32,000 bases of DNA from an uncultured archaeon (GTDB taxonomy: Archaea; Asgardarchaeota; Jordiarchaeia; Jordiarchaeales; Jordiarchaeaceae): assembly GCA_964510585.1 (NCBI GenBank), contig CAZECW010000020.1, forward strand, positions 70,669 to 102,668, in the 5' to 3' direction. Position numbers and translations under genes: made by a program. Positions 1 through 7,606 of the stretch are shown here, piece by piece (within the stretch, counting starts at the first letter, position 1; each line of letters begins with the position of its first letter). The notes below the pieces were generated by a model, which was not told the origin of the DNA, did no database searches, and saw only the letters and a list, made by a program, of their open reading frames with translations.

Positions 1-1398
1 CCCAGGAACACGCCTCACTTCAGCAACTCTGCCACGTACAAAGTTAACCCCATACTCTCTTCCAGCTATCTCGTAGAACTCATCGTAGCCTTTTCCGAAA
101 GTTCTCATATCCATGTAGAAAATGAAAATTTCAGTGTCAGGATACTTCTCTTTAATCTGCCTAGCATGCTTCACACTATAAGTGCAGCATACCCGGGAAC
201 AGTACGGAAACAGCCTCTGGTCACGTGAACCCACACACTGTATGAAGGCAATCCGCTTCGGCTTCTCATGAGTCGTTGGAACTATAACCTTGCCACCAGT
301 GGGGCCAAACGAGCTTAATAATCTCTCAAGTTCCAGCGAAGTAATAACATTGGGCAAAATACCATAACCATATTGAGGAGCATCAAAGGGTGTATACACA
401 TCATAGCCCGTAGCAATTATCACCGTGCCTACTTCCAGCTCTATCTCCCTCTCCTGCTGGTTAAAATCAATAGCCTCAGGCTCACAAACCTTCACACACA
501 ATTTACACTCTATACATTTTTCTCTATCGATGGTGTAAACGTTAGGCACTGCCTGTGGGAAGGGAACATAAATGGCTTTCCTTGATCCCATACCCAACTC
601 AAACTCGTTTGGAACAAATACAGGACAAACTTCAGCACATTTTCCACAACCAGTACATTTATCCGCCAATACATATCTGGGGTGTTCTACTATTTTGACT
701 TTGAAATTGCCCACGTATCCCTCCACTTCCTTTATTTCACTATAACTGTGGATTTCTATGTTGGGATGCCGGGCAACATCCACCATTTTAGGGGTCAAAA
801 TGCATGCACTGCAGTCCATCGTAGGAAATGTTTTGTCAAGCTGGGCCATTCTTCCCCCTATGGTTGGGCTTTTTTCAAGAAGGTGAACCTTGAAGCCTGC
901 ATTCGCCACGTCCAGAGCTGCTGAAATCCCAGCTATTCCACCGCCAACAATAAGGCATACTGGTGTCACCTTCACCTTTTGCACTTCTAGTGGCTCCAGT
1001 CTTGCAGCCTTGGCCACCGCAATTCTTATCAAGTCCTTCGCTTTTTCCAGCGCTTCTTTAGGCTGCCTCATATGCACCCAGGTATCATGCTCCCTAATAT
1101 TCGCCTGTTCATAAAGAAACTGGTTTAATCCAGCCTCCGCACACACCCTTCGAAAAGTAGGCTCGTGAAGCCTGGGACTGCAAGCCGCAACCACAATCCT
1201 GTTAAGATTGTGCTCCTTGATGTCCTGCTTAATCATTTCCTGCCCAGGATCTGAACACATAAAACGGTAATCCTTCGCCACCACAACATTGGGCAAAGTC
1301 GCCGCATAGCTTGCCAATTCCTGCGGACTAACAACACCAGCAATGTTCGTTCCACAGTGACACACGTACACTCCAATACGTACTTCTTTTTCACCCAT
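1..1398 (-). CDS. hdrA: Heterodisulfide reductase subunit A (FAD/Fe-S); 3' part runs off the window edge
   Basis: Hand translation from ATG at 1398 (GGAGG at 1407-1411): [23 protein letters not shown]...[14 protein letters not shown]...[12 protein letters not shown] (FAD-binding GxGxxG)...[15 protein letters not shown]...[13 protein letters not shown]...[12 protein letters not shown] (two ferredoxin motifs)...QCVGSRD. The frame is open to position 1, so it is absent from the ORF track. Confidence 0.97.
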   Translation of the reverse strand, partial: MGEKEVRIGVYVCHCGTNIAGVVSPQELASYAATLPNVVVAKDYRFMCSDPGQEMIKQDIKEHNLNRIVVAACSPRLHEPTFRRVCAEAGLNQFLYEQANIREHDTWVHMRQPKEALEKAKDLIRIAVAKAARLEPLEVQKVKVTPVCLIVGGGIAGISAALDVANAGFKVHLLEKSPTIGGRMAQLDKTFPTMDCSACILTPKMVDVARHPNIEIHSYSEIKEVEGYVGNFKVKIVEHPRYVLADKCTGCGKCAEVCPVFVPNEFELGMGSRKAIYVPFPQAVPNVYTIDREKCIECKLCVKVCEPEAIDFNQQEREIELEVGTVIIATGYDVYTPFDAPQYGYGILPNVITSLELERLLSSFGPTGGKVIVPTTHEKPKRIAFIQCVGSRDQRLFPYCSRVCCTYSVKHARQIKEKYPDTEIFIFYMDMRTFGKGYDEFYEIAGREYGVNFVRGRVAEVRRVPG

Positions 1399-1406
1399 CA
1401 GGACTT

Positions 1407-1411
1407 CCTCC
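1407..1411 (-). promoter_or_regulatory. Shine-Dalgarno-like GGAGG upstream of hdrA
   Basis: cctcc at 1407-1411 reads GGAGG on the minus strand, 8 nt before the ATG at 1398. Confidence 0.6.
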
Positions 1412-1519
1412 GAACAACGGTTTGGAACTTCTAACACTAAACACAATCATCATTAAAAAATTTTCCCACGCCATTTTTTAGACGTGAAACTTCCGACTAA
1501 CACGGTAATTTTTTATATT

Positions 1520-2000
1520 TAATGCTTTCGTTAACCTACAAACCCCCAACAACCCTAAACCACCCACCCACAGATAGGTCTACAGCCACACACAAAAAAC
1601 AAAAATTAAGCCACAAACCAGCACAAAAACGCCAAAAACACCTACCGAGACCCCAAAAAATGAGAAAAATTAACAAACACCTCCGCCCAACAATCAAAAA
1701 ATAAAAAACAAAAAAACACAAAAAATAAAGTTAAAACACCCCCAACCAACACAAAAAAGAGCACAAATAAAACAAACTACCCTTTTAAAATCCCAAAAAT
1801 AGAACCAAAACTAAGGACCAAACAAAACAAAAACCACAAAAACAAACCAGTACTCCACGAAAATAATAAACACAAAAAAACAACAAACCAAAAAAAGCAA
1901 ATAATTTATAAATTAAAAAACACAACGTAAGACGGCGCAAAAGCCACACAACAGCGCCCAATAAAAACCAACAACCTATCATGACCAAAAGAAGGTAACC
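1520..2000. repeat. Low-complexity A/C-rich tract in the hdrA-hdrC spacer
   Basis: Runs such as aaaaaacaaaaaaacacaaaaaat; line 1861-1920 has 1 G in 60 nt. No exact tandem unit. Confidence 0.85.
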
Positions 2001-2003
2001 ACC

Positions 2004-2594
2004 ATGACTGAAGACCAAAAAATAATAAGAAAAACAGATCCACAATTCATCGAAGAAATAATAGAATACGGTTCAAATTACTTCACAAAAGAAGAAATGG
2101 AAAGACTCAAAGCCTGCATCCAATGCGGCACATGTATCGGCGGCTGTCCAAGCGGTAGGAGGACCGCGTGGCGTATTAAGAAGATTTTCAGGAGAGCTCA
2201 GCTGGGATTAAAAGAAGATGTTTTCAAGGATGATGAGCTCTGGTCGTGCACGACGTGTTTTACCTGTCAAGAGCGTTGCCCACGTAAGGTGCCTACTACG
2301 GATGTTGTTCGTGTTATTCGTAATCTTGCTTTTAGGAGTGGTGTTGCCAATCCGAGGCATTTGGCTGTTTGTGGTTACCTTTTCAAGTTTGGTCATGCGG
2401 TTCCTATTAATGATGAGACTAGGGCAGTTAGGAAGAAGATTGGCTTGGATGAACTTCCGGCGACTGTTCACAAGTTTCCTGAAGGTTTGAAAGAAGTTAC
2501 CAAAATAGTTGAGGAGACTGGTTTTAAGAAGATTGTTGAGGATGCTCAGAAGGAGGCTCAAATGAAGGAGGCTCAGAAGGTTGAGAAAAAGTAG
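2004..2594 (+). CDS. hdrC: Heterodisulfide reductase subunit C
   Basis: Two 4Fe-4S motifs, CIQCGTCIGGCP and CTTCFTCQERCP; GHAVP and LPATVH segments typical of HdrC; overlaps the hdrB start. Confidence 0.96.
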   Translation: MTEDQKIIRKTDPQFIEEIIEYGSNYFTKEEMERLKACIQCGTCIGGCPSGRRTAWRIKKIFRRAQLGLKEDVFKDDELWSCTTCFTCQERCPRKVPTTDVVRVIRNLAFRSGVANPRHLAVCGYLFKFGHAVPINDETRAVRKKIGLDELPATVHKFPEGLKEVTKIVEETGFKKIVEDAQKEAQMKEAQKVEKK

Positions 2595-3480
2595 GTATGC
2601 TTATTTTTTGGGTTGTTTGACTCCAAATCGGTATCCTGGTATTGAGGCTGCGACTAAGGATGTGCTTAACTTTTTTGATATTGAAGTTTTGGAGATGAAT
2701 GGTGCTTCGTGTTGTCCTGCTCCGGGAGTTTTTGGTTCTTTTGATCTTTTAACGTGGTTGACTATTGCTGCTAGGAATCTGACTATTGCTGAGGGTCTGA
2801 ATGCGAATATCGTGGTTACTTGCAATGGGTGTTATGGGACCCTTCAGGAGGCTAATCATATGCTTAAGTCGAATAAGGAGTTGAGGGAGCAGGTTAATCA
2901 GTTGTTGGCTAAGATTGGAAGGGAATATAAGGGTAAGGTCGATGTGGTGCATGTTGTTGAAGTTTTGCGGAACGATGTGGGTCTTGAGAGGATTAGTGAT
3001 AGTACGGTTCAGCCTTTGACTGGGGTTAAGGTTGGGGTGCATTATGGTTGCCACTTTTTGAAGCCTAGTGATGTGAGGCAGAAGGGGAATCCTGAGACTC
3101 CAGTTATTATGGAGGAATTGATTAGTGCTGTGGATGCGGTTCCTTTGGAGTATAAGGATAAATTGATGTGTTGTGGTGCTGGTGGTGGTGTGAGGGCTGC
3201 GAAGATTGATGTTGCCCTAGACTTTACCAAGGAGAAGATTGATAACATGTTGGCTGCGGGTGCTGATTGTGTTTGCACGCCTTGTGCGTTTTGTCATTTT
3301 CAGTTTGATGCGGGGCAGCAGGAGCTTAATGCTAAGTTGAAGAATGGTCACTATAATCTTCCAGTGATTTTTATTACTCAGCTTATTGGGCTGGGACTGG
3401 GCATATCGCCGGTTAGAATGGGATTATACGATAATAAAACCCAGGTTCAAACCTTGCTTGATAAGATTCGTGGAGCCTGA
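2581..3480 (+). CDS. hdrB: Heterodisulfide reductase subunit B
   Basis: Two CCG domains: YAYFLGC...CCPAPG...CNGC and HYGCH...CCGAGGG...CAFC. TTG start overlaps the hdrC stop. Confidence 0.97.
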   Translation: MRKSRYAYFLGCLTPNRYPGIEAATKDVLNFFDIEVLEMNGASCCPAPGVFGSFDLLTWLTIAARNLTIAEGLNANIVVTCNGCYGTLQEANHMLKSNKELREQVNQLLAKIGREYKGKVDVVHVVEVLRNDVGLERISDSTVQPLTGVKVGVHYGCHFLKPSDVRQKGNPETPVIMEELISAVDAVPLEYKDKLMCCGAGGGVRAAKIDVALDFTKEKIDNMLAAGADCVCTPCAFCHFQFDAGQQELNAKLKNGHYNLPVIFITQLIGLGLGISPVRMGLYDNKTQVQTLLDKIRGA

Positions 3481-3496
3481 GCCCTATCTGACTCCC

Positions 3497-3528
3497 CTTT
3501 TCAATCTTTATTTTTTTGTTTGTATTTT
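3497..3528 (+). terminator. Probable oligo-T archaeal terminator after hdrB
   Basis: ctttt...ctttatttttttgtttgtatttt begins about 17 nt after the hdrB stop. Confidence 0.5.
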
Positions 3529-3803
3529 GCTTAAGCCCCAGTTTTTCCCATTTTCGGATGGGAGCCTCAATTTTCAGCCTTTTTACCAGGCAATCCACAT
3601 TAAAACTATTTATCTAGAAATTCTTATTTAAACCCCTTGACAATTCATCCCAAGGTTTAAACCGCGTGTTTGTAGAGTTTTCTGTAACCAAGGATATGGT
3701 TTTGCTTGTTAACCATTTTAGGAGGTTTAAACCATTTTGGGTTTCTACCAAGGCGTCCAGATAATACTTATGATCCTTAAAGGTATATTAAAGAACAACT
3801 AGC

Positions 3804-4355
3804 TTATGGAATGTTTTTGATTTCTTGGATTATAGTATTCAGGGCTTTACCAAATAGTGCAATCATTGACGTGAATATTATCATAAATAGTATAAATATT
3901 TCTGTTCCGGGAAGGGTGTAAATCCATGATGTGGTGTGTATGAGACCATAAGCCCCCCACAATACAGATATTGCGATGGATAGTGCTGGTGCAAGAAGGA
4001 ACATTGCGTTTCTTTGATAGTTCTGCTTCACAACACTTTTTATCAGAGACCAAACCTCCTTGTAGCTCTTGTAACGGTTGGAAACCTCAGTGTAGATTGG
4101 GGCGTAAAATAGTAGAAAGGGTAAAGGGACGGTGACTAGGACAAACATTAGCCTTAACATAGTAAGCTCTTGAAACGGAAAGCAAGCTAAAAATCGGAAG
4201 GGTAAGAAAAAGAAGGTTTTAGAAAGCCTCGAGAAAATAAGCAAAATAGAGATGTACAGAGCAATAAATGCAGTCCAATTTAAAATAAGAAGCAGAGAAA
4301 ACTTATTGAGCATAACTCGCCGCTTTTCAGAATCCTTCTCAGATTTTTTAACCAT
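3804..4355 (-). CDS. Hypothetical multi-pass membrane protein (about 183 aa, about 4 TM segments)
   Basis: ORF-track 3804..4511. Start moved to ATG 4355 (MVKKSEKDSEK) because GGTGG lies just upstream and the longer version overlaps the upstream gene. Hydrophobic segments FSLLLILNWTAFIALYISILLIF, MFVLVTVPLPFLLFY, AMFLLAPALSIAISVLWGAYGLI, IFILFMIIFTSMIALFG. Confidence 0.7.
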   Translation of the reverse strand: MVKKSEKDSEKRRVMLNKFSLLLILNWTAFIALYISILLIFSRLSKTFFFLPFRFLACFPFQELTMLRLMFVLVTVPLPFLLFYAPIYTEVSNRYKSYKEVWSLIKSVVKQNYQRNAMFLLAPALSIAISVLWGAYGLIHTTSWIYTLPGTEIFILFMIIFTSMIALFGKALNTIIQEIKNIP

Positions 4356-4462
4356 TTCCATACCACCTACAAACATTTTTGATAAAAACGTACATAAGCT
4401 GCGCTTCTTAGACAAAGAACGAAAACATGTTTTTATAGCAAATAAAAAATAGTGGAATGTTG

Positions 4463-5749
4463 TCAACCAAAGTACGGGCCAGCCCAGACCCAAGTATTCC
4501 ATGGAATCCATGAATTCTTTATGCCCTCAGCAAGAATCATAGCTTGAATACCACTAAGTATTAAGGCGTTAACGCCAATGCCCGTAAAGATGATGCCTGT
4601 AACGTAGGAATTGGGAAGCCACTCATGAATTGAGTAATCGAACCAAACCAGGTATTGTGTAACCCACGAGGTGAGGTACCCAAGGATAGTCCAAGGATAA
4701 ATATAATGAACGAAAGTATGTGTTCTAATTCCCCAGTCATTTACCGAAGCCCGATCGTAAGCCCTACTTATCTCCCATACGGCATAACCTACAGCAGGAC
4801 CTACTAAAGCACCCACAGCTGCAATAGCTGGTGCGCTAATTCCTACGGTTGCCAGAATAAGTGCTATGAAACCAGTTACAGTTGTTCCAGCTCCTATTCC
4901 AATATTAAGCACACACCTTTCCTTAAAGTTCAAAGCCTCCAAGACAGGTTTATCTGTTCCTGGAACCATAAAAGAGTTTCTGTAGCGGATAACTAGTTGA
5001 ACGTCTTCGCCGTAGTATAGTGGGTACCCGAAGGGCCACCAGCCTATCCAGATCCACAGTGGAAGGATGCTTTTGTAGACGTCTGGATCCATGATCAGTA
5101 TCCCCTCCTCGTTGTAGTAGGAGGCTTTAATTACTTCTTGTAGGGTGCCGTTGACTTCAAGCTGGTACTGCTTACAAATTACGGTGAACTGGGTTCCATT
5201 TATGGTTAGTGACTGGTTCCACTCCCCTACAAGCCGCCCCTGCCCAATTACCAGGTCAAAATCTGGGATATCGACCATTGTTGTCATCACGTGCTCCCTT
5301 GCGAGTAGGGAATCGTACTGTTTTAGGTATTCCACTTGTTTCGGGTTTTCGTAAAGGAACTGGTTGAAAAGCGCATATAAAGATTTTGTGCTGGGAGAAT
5401 CCTTTTTGTGCTGTATGCCAATTACAGCCCCAAACAATTCATTGATTTTTCCACGTTCCGCAAGCCACTCTATGAAAGCACTATTTATTTTCGTCTCCAA
5501 ATCTTGCTTGGTGACTGTTCCCATCCGCATATCGTTCCATGGGGTCTGGATGCCTTCCTGCGGCTGGAAATCAGCAGTAGCTTTAATTTGCAAAGCGGAA
5601 GCAGCTCCCCAGCCATTGCCCAGATAGGCCAGCATAGAAAAGCCATTTGAAGCTGTATAAATATTGCCTAAAGCCATTGAGTAAAGTGTTCCAAAACCCA
5701 GGGAAAAAACAAGAAAACCAATTAGAAGAACCCCGAAACCCCTACCCAT
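4463..5749 (-). CDS. Hypothetical exported/membrane-associated Trp-rich protein (about 428 aa)
   Basis: ORF-track 4463..5773. ATG at 5749 is preceded by GGAGAGG. N-terminal hydrophobic leader (GFGVLLIGFLVFSLGFGTLY), three N-x-S/T sequons, a 43-aa G/A-rich hydrophobic segment; no family recognised. Confidence 0.85.
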   Translation of the reverse strand: MGRGFGVLLIGFLVFSLGFGTLYSMALGNIYTASNGFSMLAYLGNGWGAASALQIKATADFQPQEGIQTPWNDMRMGTVTKQDLETKINSAFIEWLAERGKINELFGAVIGIQHKKDSPSTKSLYALFNQFLYENPKQVEYLKQYDSLLAREHVMTTMVDIPDFDLVIGQGRLVGEWNQSLTINGTQFTVICKQYQLEVNGTLQEVIKASYYNEEGILIMDPDVYKSILPLWIWIGWWPFGYPLYYGEDVQLVIRYRNSFMVPGTDKPVLEALNFKERCVLNIGIGAGTTVTGFIALILATVGISAPAIAAVGALVGPAVGYAVWEISRAYDRASVNDWGIRTHTFVHYIYPWTILGYLTSWVTQYLVWFDYSIHEWLPNSYVTGIIFTGIGVNALILSGIQAMILAEGIKNSWIPWNTWVWAGPYFG

Positions 5750-5793
5750 ATCTAACCTCTCCACAATTTTCACAAAATTTATGTAAAAACTAG

Positions 5794-5802
5794 TATATAT
5801 AT
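5794..5802. promoter_or_regulatory. Possible TATA box upstream of the exported-protein gene
   Basis: tatatatat about 45 nt upstream of ATG 5749; orientation ambiguous. Confidence 0.3.
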
Positions 5803-6908
5803 CGGAAATTTGGGAGGCGTCGTTGATGTTTTTTATCTCCTCGTTTTGGAGGGGGTCCCCAAATTACAGTATCTAAACATCTGTCTCCTTTATGAGGTGC
5901 ACTATCTTCGCAGCGTATTCCTCGGGATTCCTCTTCATCAGTTACCGGCGATGGATTCGAAGTCTGCATCTTTTTAACATTTTTTGATGGTTGCATGGAT
6001 TCTTCTTAAATCTGGTTGAATGATAAGAATACTAAAAATTAGGGAAAAAGGCGAAAATCCTTACAATATTTGAAGCGGCAAGAAAAAACTTACATAGATT
6101 CTGTGAACTTATCGCTGTGTACAAACACTACGGGGAAGCTGGGGAGGCTATAAGTATGTATTTCTGCGGTTCACTGAAAAATAGTGTCCACCTGGGGAGC
6201 ACTAACTTTAATGATACTTGCTGTGGGGCTCACTGCGGCGTTTTCGTTAGGGGTTTCAGATATAGTTTCACCCTATAAACAGTACTGACACTCCTGCCTC
6301 CATTTATCTTTTATACACTGAGTATAATTCTTACCCTGAGATACACTATGAGAATAGTGCTGCCCAAGGATGTGAATTAAGGTGTCCTCCCCTTAACCTT
6401 TTTTTAAGCTGATGGAAGGTAGATACTTAGATCAGTGTTTTGAGATGAGATGTTCGGTTAAAATTTTTGGCTGGTGGGCGGCTGCTGGGAACATGGTCTT
6501 CAAATTTTGGTCTCCGTTTTTCACTTAAATCGTTGTTTTCACCAGAGGAGTCATCTTTTCCTTTATATGGTAAATCCATTTCTTATTCATATAGTTTCTT
6601 TGTAAAATTGATTCCTTCTTTGGTATCGAGGATTTATGTATATGTTTCTAAAAAGATGCATAAGCGTTTTCCGAGATGGAGCGTTCAACGGTTGAAAATA
6701 AGTACCACCATAAAATTCGCAGATACGCGAAAAATGGGTTTTAAATGAAGCCTTAAATTAAATAAAAGTAAGCCTCTTTTTGGGTTGGAATCGAACAACT
6801 CTGCATTCGTCGGCGTGTAAGGGTTCAGTAATGCTTTTAAGCTTGGGATTGGATTGGAAATGCGCGTAATTGGTGAAAATTGCAGAGGTTTCCAAGAATT
6901 GGAGGTGT

Positions 6909-7277
6909 ATGGCTCTGGGAAAAATTAGACCCTCCTACATTAAGAGGATTGCAAGGAAATTGGTTGAAAAATATTCAGGTGTCTTCACCAGCGACTTTGA
7001 CACAAACAAGAAATTAGTTGAAAAGTACACGAATGTAGAGTCAAGGAAGGTTCGAAACAAGATAGCCGGCTACGTGGTAAACCTTGTGCTCAGAAGCCAA
7101 TATGAATATGTGGCCCCTGAGGAAGAGGAGTTTCCAGAAGACTATGAAGAATACGAAGCCAGAGAAGCTCCAGGGGAAGTAGAAGAGGCTGAGGAAGAGA
7201 AAGTAGAAGAGGCTGAGGAAGAGGAGAAGGAAGGGGAAGTGGGGAAGGACGAAGAGGAGGAGGTTGGAAGAGAATAG
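6909..7277 (+). CDS. rps17e: Small-subunit ribosomal protein eS17 with acidic C-terminal extension
   Basis: GKIRPSYIKRIARKLVEKY...FTSDFDTNKKLV...SRKVRNKIAGYV is the eS17 signature; GGAGGTG at 6901-6907 precedes ATG 6909. Confidence 0.96.
   Translation: MALGKIRPSYIKRIARKLVEKYSGVFTSDFDTNKKLVEKYTNVESRKVRNKIAGYVVNLVLRSQYEYVAPEEEEFPEDYEEYEAREAPGEVEEAEEEKVEEAEEEEKEGEVGKDEEEEVGRE
7177..7223 (+). repeat. 24-nt-period tandem duplication inside the eS17 tail
   Basis: aagtagaagaggctgaggaagag at 7177-7199 and 7201-7223 (VEEAEEE twice). Confidence 0.9.
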
Positions 7278-7279
7278 GA

Positions 7280-7560
7280 TGTTTTGTGGATGGTTTGTGG
7301 GGTTTTTGATTTGTTCTTTATGGGTTTTGTGACTTAAAATTGTTTTTTGATTTTTCTTTTTGATGTTTTTATTTTTTGTAGCATCTTGTTTTTCGACGAA
7401 AAATGGTAATTCATTGCTGCTCTGCATTTGAAGCACATTATGTAGTGTGAATTTTCTTTTCAGAGCCGGGTTTCGCGAAATGTTTTTATTGATTTGATGG
7501 TTGTGTTTGTTGTTGTTTGTGGTTTGTGTTTGTTGGTTTGTTTGTTTAAAGGTTTTGTGG
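7280..7560. repeat. Low-complexity G/T-rich tract between rps17e and the radical SAM gene
   Basis: Line 7501-7560 has 0 C and 3 A in 60 nt; ttgt/ttgg runs without an exact unit. Confidence 0.85.
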
Positions 7561-7606
7561 AGGTAGGAATATTCTTCCTTTAGGTGTTTCTGGGCTTGCC
7601 AATTCG

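Noticed and set aside
790-815. Selenocysteine in HdrA
   Set aside because: The site that carries Sec in some HdrA proteins reads gac tgc agt gca tgc (DCSAC). No in-frame TGA was found in the visible part.
1400-2000. Canonical archaeal replication origin (ORB repeats)
   Set aside because: No repeated ORB or mini-ORB motif and no adjacent cdc6/orc1 gene seen; only the skew polarity is origin-like.
1522-2045. ORFs 1522..1704 (+), 1536..1721 (-) and 1785..2045 (-)
   Set aside because: K/N/T/H/P-rich or F/L/V/C/G-rich translations are what A/C or G/T low-complexity DNA yields; no RBS or motif.
4356-4511. N-terminal extension of the membrane protein to ATG 4511
   Set aside because: It would overlap the upstream gene by 49 nt, and a better RBS precedes ATG 4355.
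5790-5996. 68-aa minus-strand ORF, or a C/D-box sRNA at ctgatga (about 5935)
   Set aside because: No motif or RBS for the ORF, and no matching box D (CUGA) at a suitable distance.
6467-6748. 93-aa plus-strand ORF
   Set aside because: TTG start, S/F/K-rich composition mirroring local base bias, no recognisable domain.
3481-6908. Integrated mobile element between hdrB and rps17e
   Set aside because: No integrase, transposase, tRNA target or flanking direct/inverted repeats found; described only as an accessory stretch.
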